A stretch of DNA of 62,782 bases, the filler included. It is 15 parts of 15 records of this genome, joined end to end, with 100 filler letters (N's around TTAATTAATTAA, not from the genome) between each part and the next. Parts side by side here need not be neighbours in the genome. Positions count along the whole stretch, not along the records: positions 1 to 3,048 come from SRR9188676_2029; positions 3,149 to 7,655 come from SRR9188676_2032; positions 7,756 to 13,845 come from SRR9188676_2048; 12 more parts are not named here. One strand, given 5' to 3'. Shown here piece by piece: positions 1 through 9,783 of the stretch; the first letter of the stretch is position 1, and each line of letters starts with the position of its first letter. Under the pieces are notes generated by a model, which ran no database searches, was not told the origin of the DNA, and saw only the letters and a list, made by a program, of their open reading frames with translations. The translations under genes were made by a program, and so were the position numbers.

Positions 1-125
1 AGAGAAAGAGAAAGAGAGGGAGAGAAAGAGCAAGGGAGAGAGAGAAGAAAACGAGAGGGTGGGCGAAATAACAGGAGAAAGGTAGGAGAGAGGAAGAGGA
101 GAAAAAGAGAGGAGAGAGAATGAAA
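1..125. repeat. GA-rich low-complexity tract
   Basis: Almost pure purine (AG/GAGA) run at the window start. Confidence 0.8.
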
Positions 126-880
126 ATGAGTCGGAGAATGAACGGAGCACAAGAACTTGGCGTGCATGGAGACACCAGCAAATATTCTGGGATGTTCGAA
201 GCCTTCGTTGGAATTGGGGAAAGGAAAGGGTTTGAGTGTGTTTATGAGAGGGAGGGAAATTCAGCCAATAAGGTGTTCATGTCCCTTTGTCTCGCTCCCC
301 TTCTCAATTTCCTTCGGACTTGCCTTTTCCTTGGCATTTTCTGTCTCTTCACACTGATCGAGGGATAGAAATGAGAAAATATAATGATGGCAGCTGAAAA
401 TACACCACAGATCAGACAGCGATTCCTTATTTCTCTCAAAAATGAGCACGTTGAGAAATCTGAAACTGGATGTGCATTTAATTTTCCACATGGATAGCTC
501 GGAATTGTGCCATTTTTCTTGTCATCAGTTCATTATTCAGCCGCTATCCATGCGCAAAATGCCTTTACGCCCCTTTATTGGGCTCTAGACCTTGCCCTCA
601 ATTCTACACTCTCGGGTTTGGTCTCGAACCCAAAATCACAATGGCTGCGGAAGTAACTAGTGGGTGCCTGTGTACTTCTTAGGAGAGAATCTCTCGTAGG
701 TCCCAAATATTCCTGGAGATGGAGAAAGACCAAACAGTTTTCCCAGACAAGTGCAATGGTTGGAGAACTAATAAATGTCGTAAAATTACAGTGAGTCAGT
801 TCGATATCATTCAAAGTTATCAAGAGGATATATCTATATTTATCAAACTATGAATTTTTCTCTGAGAATCGAAGACATAC

Positions 881-1648
881 CCCTGTTCCGAGAAGATACA
901 GCTTATTGTCTTGCAAGTCCACAATAAGGCGATCAGAAGTACTGGAAAAATTCAACAAAAAGATCAGTCAATTTTTGCGTTGAACCAGATGATATGAGAT
1001 CGGCATCACCTCAAGTGGTACACTATGGATTGATCTTTGACGTCGTAATGACCACGTGGGTGAATCTAAAAAGAGTAAGTAACAAAAGGGTTATTAGATA
1101 AATCCGTTTTTATCAGGAAAACCAATATGACGTACACCGGGGAATTTTCCTAATGGGACATTCGCAAACACCCATGCATCAAGTTTGTCTGTGAAGGTCA
1201 AGAGCAAGTCAATCTTGTCTTTGATCCAAGGGAAGAATACACCCATTTCGCTTTTGTTTAAGGGACGAACACTCCGAACGGAGCCCAAGGCCGAGTGACG
1301 TGTGATCGAGCAAGGTGAAAGCACAAAGTAGTCTACAGTCCAACGAGATGTAGAATGGATTCGACAAGAAAGAAACGGCTAGTGAATATAGAGAAGAGAG
1401 GGATGACAGGAAGCTTGTGGGACATCACCCTTACCAGATCCAGTTTCATCGAACCCTGCTGAAATACCAAATCGACCAAAGTCGATCCAAGACAGCTTCC
1501 CGCCTGCAGTTTGATCCAGAAGGGTAGTAACAAGCTCTTCAAGGCCAGGTTTCCAATTTCGAACGAGGTTCAGCAACTTTCGTGTGCTCATTGTACTGGG
1601 CTGATCTTTTTGTTTTTCATTTGACTCTTCCTCTGGTTTTGCAGACAT
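881..1648 (-). CDS. Hypothetical multi-exon protein (3' exons unresolved)
   Basis: Exons 1648-1435, 1332-1136, 1065-1010, 941-881 join in frame through GT-AG introns with consistent phases (1,0,2): MSAKPEEE...GFDETGSDYFVLSPCS...PLGKFPGIHPRGHYDVKDQSIVYHLSTSDRLIVDLQDNKLYLLGTG. A GTATGT donor at 880 implies more exons downstream. No family recognised. Confidence 0.55.
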
Positions 1649-2120
1649 GGTTTCACTACCGACACAGCTGGATGGGCAGGTACATCAACTGAATAGCATA
1701 TACGAGTGGAGCTAAGATAGACTACGGGAAATATCGCCGACAAACGACAAAAACTCTTGCCAATCTATTTTCGAGACATTTTTCGAGAAAGTTCTTCGTT
1801 GCGTGAGCGGCTCTGGGGAATCCTCCCAAAGTGAAAATCCAAATCCACAATCCACTGAAATCACTTGAATCCCACAGGCTTTAGCCTGCCTGTAGACTTG
1901 ACATCCAACACTATATGTTATTGCGGATATGATTTGATAGAATTTCTTCAAACAGTGCTCAAAATATCTCAATAACGCTCCTGAACTAAGTCCTTTTGAT
2001 CGCAGGAGTTTCTTCTGGGGGTAAGTTAGAACCACATCTTAACGGTTTCTAAAACAGTTTAGATAATTTCTCACTCGCATTTAGTTGATTTAGTCACTGC
2101 TTTTCCACTCTCCACTCCTA

Positions 2121-2867
2121 ATGGCATCGCAAATGATCATGCTACTGTTTATTCTCACTGCCTTCTCAATTTTGGAGCTGAGCTGCTCGTTTCAAGACAA
2201 GAAATCCTCGCGCATTGCGAATTACATCGACTGGCTGCACGAGAACAAGTTCAACACGACAACCTTATCGTTTGTTGAAGACCCAATCACATCAGAAATC
2301 CATCCTGTTGCCGCAAGAACAATTGAAAAAAGAACGCGCATCCTAGAGGATAAAGAGCTGCTCGCGTTGGGCGCAGATTGCGAGCATTCCTTCCTTTTCG
2401 AACTGATACCAGATTCAGTCACCTTTGTTGACCCAATTTCGCGCATTATTGCATGTCTGGTCTTTGAATCTTTCCAAAAGGATTCATTTTGGACTCCTTT
2501 TCTTGAATCTCTGCCATCGACGTTTACCACACCCCTCTACTATTCGAATGCAGAAATGGACTTGTTAGAAATCGAAGTGGACTTCCTCTTTCATGCCTCC
2601 AAGCGAGAGGCTTCAGAACTTATCTATCGATTCCAGGAGTTTATGAAAGGCGTCCATCCCTATATTCGGGCATATTTACCTAAACACGAGGACGATATAC
2701 TTTTCCGCTACTCGTGGGGGTATAGTGTGACTAAGTCGCGCTCTGTGCTCATTGACCAGACCCCTTACCTGATCCCTGTATTTTCCAACATGAAGTATGA
2801 TGCTGATGCCCGAACGGTGGTGACGAATGCTTTGCTCGGCCCTCATCTATACGCTCACAAAAAGTAA
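2121..2867 (+). CDS. SET-domain protein, Rubisco-LSMT/SETD3-like, with hydrophobic N-terminus (probably 3' partial)
   Basis: Motifs YIDWL, SFWTPFLESLP..F..PLYY...E..LL, WGYSVTKSRS and LIP. A GTAAGT donor at 2864 suggests the gene continues past the apparent stop. Confidence 0.75.
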   Translation: MASQMIMLLFILTAFSILELSCSFQDKKSSRIANYIDWLHENKFNTTTLSFVEDPITSEIHPVAARTIEKRTRILEDKELLALGADCEHSFLFELIPDSVTFVDPISRIIACLVFESFQKDSFWTPFLESLPSTFTTPLYYSNAEMDLLEIEVDFLFHASKREASELIYRFQEFMKGVHPYIRAYLPKHEDDILFRYSWGYSVTKSRSVLIDQTPYLIPVFSNMKYDADARTVVTNALLGPHLYAHKK

Positions 2868-3048
2868 GTGTGTTCTCGTTCTCAGCAGAAGTTAGGATGA
2901 GGGGGGCGGGGGGCTTCTACAGAATCCGTATAATAGGACATAATACCCCCATTCTCATTTCGGAACTTCGACCAATTGTAACACCCCTACCTGTATCTGA
3001 TGACCGCACTAGAGTGCGACCTGAAATTGTGGTTTACCTAAAAGTGTG

Positions 3049-3148
3049 NNNNNNNNNNNNNNNNNNNNNNNNNNNNNNNNNNNNNNNNNNNNTTAATTAA
3101 TTAANNNNNNNNNNNNNNNNNNNNNNNNNNNNNNNNNNNNNNNNNNNN
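3049..3148. other. Artificial contig linker
   Basis: N44-TTAATTAATTAA-N44 (stops in all six frames). Confidence 0.99.
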
Positions 3149-3727
3149 TCAGCGCTGAGCGCCCGGGAGCGACTAGACCTATTGGTATTATCTCCTATTA
3201 TTAATCCATAACTCGCCCAGGCAGCAAGAAGCAGGAGAGAGATTGGGTGCGAGAGAGTGAAAATCATTTCTAGACATCCAGGAACGTCTTCAGCAGTCTC
3301 TGCTCATTTTCCTCAACAATTTATGGATCACATTTTACCCACATCAGCCAAGAGGAGGACCCTGGAGGACCCTTTTTGTTCGAAATTCGAGAACATACCT
3401 GGATTCATCTACCCGAGCCACCCAATTGTATTTGGTTAGAAACGTTCACAACACCCCGCTGAAGTGTGCTCAGACCCGACACAGACAATAAAACAAGTGA
3501 CCGAAATCGTGCGATATAGTGAGTGAGAAAGGGCAGGATGAATTTAATATAGCAAATAATATGCGGCTCGATATATGATTCGAGCAAGATTGATACTCTA
3601 CATGAATTTGAAATGATGACAAAATTGTTCACGAGGTCAGAACCATGGCCATCGAGAATTATAAAAGTCTGAACGATTCTAAAAATATGAAGCGAAAGGA
3701 ATAGAATAAGAATGAGCGGGTTCATCA

Positions 3728-5248
3728 TTACATGCGATAACGGTTCGGATGATTTCCCTCCTGCTGCTGCGCACCAGTCAAGATGTGTGTAAGGTCATTA
3801 AAAATGGTAGGCATATTGGATTGATGAATAGAGGAAGAAAGTCGATCACGATGGCCATGGCCCATTTGTTGTGAAGAAAAGATATCATTTTGTAGAGCAT
3901 GGGATGAACCAGATAGATGTTGTGATGTCGAGGAGAGATGATATTGTGCTTGCTGTGACTCAGTAGAGCATGATGTCCCAGCAGCATGAAAATCAGTTCT
4001 CTTCAAGCATTGGTCGAGGTATCCAATGAGATCAATCGAAACTTGTGAGGTAGATGAAACGGGGCGTTGTACGCGGACTGAATTTGAGGACTCTAGATGT
4101 TGTTGCTGATGGGAAGCTACAGGATGATGTTCGTGGTGTACGGAGCTGTGCTGAGGGTTAATATATGTACGTGGTGACTGTGTGAAAGATGATGAATGAT
4201 TGCCGTGTTGAATTTGGCTGGATATGGGCATGGATAAAGGCATAGAAGGGATGGAAATTTCAGACTCTCTAGGCGAAAAGATACCAGCCAGATCAGGAGA
4301 GGAGCCTTTCGATGAATGAGGGGATGATGAGGAGGATGATGAATGAGGGGATGATGATGAGGATGGGCGACCAGGATGAGTACAAGCGTGAGGGAATGGG
4401 TCAGATAAAGTCCGTAGATGATCGCGTTCATAGAGCTCAGTAGACATGTGATCATTTGAGGTCTTTTGCACTTCACTGGATTCGGCAATGGATGGCAGAA
4501 TGACTTTGTTGACGGTGGATACCCACTCCATTTGCTTTCGACCAGGGGGCACAGGAGTGATGGGCACATACACTTGCACAGGCGACAATGACCTTTGAAG
4601 CTCGATGATGGAGGGGCAGTCTTGCGTGGATATATTGGGCAGCAACAGAATGACGGGAAAGAGACGCTTGGTAGAGTCACCAGTCAGCAATTCAACAAGT
4701 TCACGCAGTGTGCACTTATCATCTTTGCTCCATTGAAGTATAGCATCGGTCATGGTCTCATTCATATAGGTTTCGCAAAAACATGTGCAGATGGTGAACC
4801 GGAAATCGATGCACTGGCGGCAGGCTTGGAGAATTTTATGACGTTCACGAGTGTCACCAGCCACACGGGATAAGAAGTAGGCTTCACTTTCGGACCATTC
4901 ACGATGAAATGACTCAATCACTTCGCTTTGTTTTTGGTAGGAATCGGAGAAAAGGGTAAAGAATACTGGGGTGAGGACGGCACGATGAGATGCTGTCACA
5001 AACTCTTGGCGTTTTCGCTTGTGTCCAATACTTTTTGCATGACATCGAAAAGAGCCATCATCGGCTAACATCTTTACGCAATAAATACAGAAAAGCACGT
5101 CGGGCTTCAAGTTCTTTGGACATCGGTACTTTTGGTGTCTCATGATGTCCACTGGGAATACATAGCGTTCGATGCCGCATGATTGGCATGAAAAGAACAC
5201 TCGTTTGGTCCGACGCGAGTCGTCGAGATTGGTAGTATCCTCAGCCAT
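3728..5248 (-). CDS. Intronless 506-aa protein with two N-terminal zinc fingers and S/H/Q-rich C-terminus
   Basis: CQSC-x13-H-x4-C and a matrin/U1-like CIYC-x12-H-x5-HKRKR finger, followed by a long low-complexity tail. Confidence 0.8.
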   Translation of the reverse strand: MAEDTTNLDDSRRTKRVFFSCQSCGIERYVFPVDIMRHQKYRCPKNLKPDVLFCIYCVKMLADDGSFRCHAKSIGHKRKRQEFVTASHRAVLTPVFFTLFSDSYQKQSEVIESFHREWSESEAYFLSRVAGDTRERHKILQACRQCIDFRFTICTCFCETYMNETMTDAILQWSKDDKCTLRELVELLTGDSTKRLFPVILLLPNISTQDCPSIIELQRSLSPVQVYVPITPVPPGRKQMEWVSTVNKVILPSIAESSEVQKTSNDHMSTELYERDHLRTLSDPFPHACTHPGRPSSSSSPHSSSSSSSPHSSKGSSPDLAGIFSPRESEISIPSMPLSMPISSQIQHGNHSSSFTQSPRTYINPQHSSVHHEHHPVASHQQQHLESSNSVRVQRPVSSTSQVSIDLIGYLDQCLKRTDFHAAGTSCSTESQQAQYHLSSTSQHLSGSSHALQNDIFSSQQMGHGHRDRLSSSIHQSNMPTIFNDLTHILTGAQQQEGNHPNRYRM

Positions 5249-5392
5249 CTAATAGCATTTGAAGCTTCGAAAAATGGGTCGAATTCCTGGGACGGCATGT
5301 TTTGTTCCTTTGGCGGTTCGCGCTCGGATCTTCCAGATCCTTCTCGGAATGTGAGCCATGCTTCTGGAAACATCCACACTTGAAAAAAGAAA

Positions 5393-5417
5393 TCACGTGA
5401 AAAATCATGTGACGTGA
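5393..5417. promoter_or_regulatory. E-box cluster (TCACGTGA, TCATGTGA, TGACGTGA)
   Basis: Three adjacent or overlapping bHLH/bZIP-type sites 145-170 nt upstream of the ATG at 5248. Confidence 0.4.
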
Positions 5418-7655
5418 GCCACAAAACGGTCATTTCTAACACGTTTCGTGGTCAAAATGAGTTGGAGCCGGCAGACAAAGAAATGGCGAGATGTGCTGGC
5501 AAGAGCACCAGAACATGTTTTTCCCCAACAAATATCGCTGAATCTCGAGGACAAACATCAGAGATTATGTGATTCAGACAAGGAATAGGAAAAATCCGTT
5601 CTACTTGAAACATTTCGTCCCTGAGGGAGCAAGAACAAGTACCGTCATGACTTGTGATCAAATTCAAATTTGAATTTTCATGCAAACTTTGTGAGGATAG
5701 GATTTTAGAAGCCGACAGCGCTCGAAAATTATCTGGAATATATTCTTTCTAAAGAATACAACAGTCTATCATGAGAATTTACAATGTTGCCATTTCACGT
5801 CTCGTCACAAAGGGAACGTTCTGGATGATGCGAGAGATCAAACCCTCCCGATTTCACGCGAGTTTTCTGCAACTTTCTCGACCGGAAAAGAAACAAAAGA
5901 ATGTCTCGAAGTCTCGAACATTTTGGAAGAAAAACGAAAACAAACACGGTGTTGTCATCTGTTGTCTCGATTTCATTCTCTTCTTCTCTGTTTTTTGAAC
6001 TTCCTTTTCCAGGAGTATTCTCTTGTTCATCCTCTCATTATTCATGTATATTTCATCCTCAAGTCGTGTTACTTGTCTTGCAGTCCCAGGCTGAAAACAG
6101 GTTTGCATTAGTTGGCTCTGTTCCTGCGTCCACCGTCTTCATTTACTGCAGTATGATGTGACCCATCAGCCCAGGCTGCCGTTTCGTCATATTTCTCACT
6201 CTGAACGAGTGTTCATTTCGATGAGTTCGAGGATTTAATGCTGACGGTGACACAGGTGGCGGGTGTGGGACAAGTGGGAGAATGATGTGTTTGACCTTCT
6301 ATTATTTCCTCTCTGAATGGATTGAAATCCATTGGAGTGATATACGCGGTGGCTATGACGTCCCAGATGCACGGTAGTTCCCTTCGTGGCCGCAAAATTA
6401 TCCTGAACGCAGAGAACACGTACATCTGTAAGTTCCCTCTCCTGAACCTACGAAGTGACATCGCTTCCTTTTTAGGTTCTACAATTCCCGTATACTATTC
6501 ATGTATACCTGTATACCTGGCTGCCTAATGCGAATGGCTTTACGTAGCTGAAAAATGGTGAAGAGAGGTGCCGGTCTCGGAAGACTCGAAATACGAGAAT
6601 GATTGACAAGTAGCTCCTTTAATCCAAAGTCAGCCATGTCGTAGCTAGTGATGTGACAAAATAAGTCTCTTTCCCCTTTCCCCTTCACCCATTCATACCT
6701 TCACATTTCTTCCCCTCACAGAGCTCACATCTTCCTCCTCACCCCCATCGGGTCATGTTCACATCAAATCAGAGTGAATTTTTTGCCAGAGGGGGATGAG
6801 TTTTTGCAGAAGTTATCATCAACGTCTGAATTTTGAGGGCATCGAATAGATCAAAGCTCTCTCCTCTTAAGACTCCAACCTTGTCAACAGGACTTGAGTT
6901 AGCTTGACGGCTCGCTCGGGTTTGATGTGATCTCATCCACTGTACCCCAGTATGACAGTCACAGACTACAACACGAAGTTTGCAGCCAATTCTCATCCGT
7001 GTGTCACCGGGACGGGTCAGGATAGGTGAAAACCGGAGCGAGGGAATGCAACCACGCAACCCGTAACCCCATGTGATCCACTGCTCCTGCTTTCGGTTCA
7101 TTCGATGGAGCGTAAATATTTACCGTCGCTGTTTTGAGAAGGTTTGTACTCATCCGTCATGCCTCTCCACTCGACATTGATATCATTCTTCCATTGATAT
7201 TCCACTACCCTCTTATCCGACACTACCACATGTCACGTGAGCTAAATATACTGTTTTATCACGCCATGCTTCGGTATGCTTCGCCTCGATGCTGGGCAAG
7301 CTCTGGTATCATTTACTCTTCCACTTCGAGTGAGTACTATGGAAATGAAGCAATATCAAGTGAATTACATAAAAATACGCTTAAGTCCCTTTTATTCTGA
7401 CCAACCCACATGGAAAGTACCACGATCACAAACATCACTCTTTCCAGCATACCAGAATCTCACGTGTCCGATATGCGTGTGTCATGTTGTGGGATGGTAG
7501 TCCTACAAACTCTCCAATTTGAGCTTCGTCTCTTACATATCCCTCATAGCACTGAGGGTGTGAAAAAAAGAGCTCAACAAAGTCAGGGTTGGGTATTTTT
7601 TATTCTCATCATCTGGGGCTGAGGCCAAGCTAGAGGTGTCAGAAAAGTTACCACA

Positions 7656-7755
7656 NNNNNNNNNNNNNNNNNNNNNNNNNNNNNNNNNNNNNNNNNNNNT
7701 TAATTAATTAANNNNNNNNNNNNNNNNNNNNNNNNNNNNNNNNNNNNNNNNNNNN
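7656..7755. other. Artificial contig linker
   Basis: N44-TTAATTAATTAA-N44. Confidence 0.99.
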
Positions 7756-9154
7756 TCAAAACTCCATTTTCATGCGTACATTCACTCTCCATGGTCCACC
7801 CGCATAACATTTGCATAGCAGAAGCGACCCAGGCATCAAGAGCTATGTACAGGAGAATGCAAAATCCCATACTTGGTACATATAACACTCTTTCTGCGAG
7901 CACAAATCCCACATAGAGGATCACATTGGAGCTGGGCAAAAATGCAAACACCACAATCGCGGTTGCTAAAAGAAGTAACCTTCGAGTAGGGGTCGACGGG
8001 GTACGTAAAGATTCATAAAGCAGGCGCAGAAAAGCGAGCCAAAAGAATACAGAAAGTCCGTTGCGGTCATCCCCAAAATAGTGTACCAATGGTATGCTTC
8101 CTAGAGACCAATCGCAGCATAAAAAGGACGGGAAAATTAGCAACCATGCGTTGCGGGCGTAGAGATAATTAAAGGTTAATATACGCGTGATAAGGGACTT
8201 GCTATGGGAGGCGGGGTTGGCAGAGGCCGGGAAGGGGGGTTGGCCAGGTGTTAATGACATCCGGAATGCAAATAGTGCTACAGCGGCGAGGAAAAGTAAA
8301 ATGGCGCGAAGGTAGAGATAACGCAGGGTCCCATACTTCGTGAATTTTGTGAATTTTTCGCTGGTATTCTTTGATGTAAGAGTGTCTTCGACCTTGGATG
8401 TCGGACTAGAGATGTTTTGGGATGACGATTGCATTTTGGGAATTTCCTTGTCAAGTTTCCTCGAGAGGAAGAAGTCTTTCAGTGAACTTAAGCGACAAGC
8501 TATCGTGGCATCAAGCGCACCACAGATGGGCAGAGCCATAATGCCTGTCTCTTTGAAAAAGATGGATAGGAAGCAAGCCAGCACACACAAAACATAATAC
8601 CGCTTCGAGAGAAAGGTCTCATTGGTGCGAGAGAGAGCCCAGCGGTAGAAGGAGATAGAACATAGGAGAAACAGAGCAGATAGTAGTTCAGCACGCCCCA
8701 CAATATTGGCGACAGACTCAGTGTGAATCGGATGTGTTGCAAATAGAAGTCCACAGAAAAAGGCAGGAAGCCAGGTCGAGATCCGACGCACGGCTGCATA
8801 TTCTTGAAACACAGACTTGCAGAAGAGTGTGTACTGTACGGTGATGATCCCATGTAGAAGAATATTCACAATATGATACCCTCGGACATTCAAGCCATGA
8901 AAATAGTGATTGATTCGAAATGTGAGAATGGTCAGGGGGCGGTATGACTTATGGCTTAGAGTACTCCACAGGTTTTCACCCCAATAGTCATTGAAGAAGA
9001 TATCAGTCCAGGGTTCATCTCCATAGACATCACGATTATTCAAGATCGCATGAATATCATCGAACACAAATTCGCCATCGATAGATTTGAGGAAGCATGA
9101 AGTTGCCACAAGAAAGAGTGCTGATAGTAGAGCAGCAGAGATCAAATATCCCAT
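7756..9154 (-). CDS. TMTC: TMTC-family protein O-mannosyltransferase (DUF1736), 3' truncated before the TPR region
   Basis: FVFDD..AI..N.DV, NDYWG, SHKSYRPLTILTFR, HPIHTESVANIVGRAELL, KETGI, LCCDWSLGSIP, VGFVLAERVLYVPSMGFC. Confidence 0.93.
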
Positions 9155-9169
9155 TTTTTGTGCGAGGCT

Positions 9170-9382
9170 TTACCAAGGATTTGATACTTTCTTTTCTTGT
9201 TTCTTTGCTTCGACTTCAGCAGGAGTTCTCGCAGGATCGTTTCCGTAATGGATTACTTCGCTAATCGCAGTGGCAAGAAAGAAAGCGACAGAGATTCGAA
9301 GGGCAAATCGCTTCCACTCAGTTGCAGATGGCATTAGCGATTGGCGAGCGATCGAAATTTTCTGGTCAAGAGAAAAGTTCAT
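9170..9382 (-). CDS. Small single-pass membrane protein (70 aa, or 54 aa from the second ATG)
   Basis: One hydrophobic segment (FALRISVAFFLATAISEVI) and a charged tail. Codon usage resembles neighbouring genes. Stop lies 15 nt upstream of the TMTC ATG. Confidence 0.55.
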   Translation of the reverse strand: MNFSLDQKISIARQSLMPSATEWKRFALRISVAFFLATAISEVIHYGNDPARTPAEVEAKKQEKKVSNPW

Positions 9383-9723
9383 GACACGACCAAAGGACGC
9401 TATTTACGCCCTTTCGTTGCACATTTTGTGAAAATAAGTAATAAGACGATTTCACAAGAGGTTTGCCTTGAAATATGTATAGCTACATCGTATAGGAGTG
9501 GCTGATTAGGTCCGCAACACTCTCTCACTGAAGATCAGGCCCATTTTTCGATGTTTTTGTTTTTGTCGCTCCGTGTCGCGGTTCAGGGAGGGTATTGAAG
9601 CAGATATTCACACGATCCATCCACCATCTACCCTCCATACGATCAAGATCCCAACTGTCTTTCGGGTCACATCAGTTTAGAATCTGATCTTGAGGGGGGG
9701 TAGAGACACGTCTCTACAGATGG

Positions 9724-9736
9724 TTCTGGAACCTTC
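9724..9736. promoter_or_regulatory. Heat-shock element (TTCtgGAAccTTC)
   Basis: Three alternating nGAAn units about 50 nt upstream of the GRP94 ATG. Confidence 0.55.
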
Positions 9737-9783
9737 CTCGTTCTTGCTTTATTCGACGAACTCGAGGCGAGCGCGCCAAAAAA

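Noticed and set aside
1712-2080. Spliced 102-aa ORF (MR-KKLLRSKG...) upstream of the gene starting at 1648
   Set aside because: Its only ATG is 40 nt from the divergent SET start and I could not join it in frame to the downstream exons. It may be 5'UTR; left unresolved.
3405-3730. TAATG stop/start overlap suggesting coupled translation of a 107-aa ORF
   Set aside because: The downstream ORF has the I/L/F/S composition of AT-rich 3'UTR and no motif, so it is most likely chance.
5450-7655. Many short ORFs upstream of the 506-aa zinc-finger gene
   Set aside because: No coherent codon bias, motifs or splice-consistent model; treated as non-coding.
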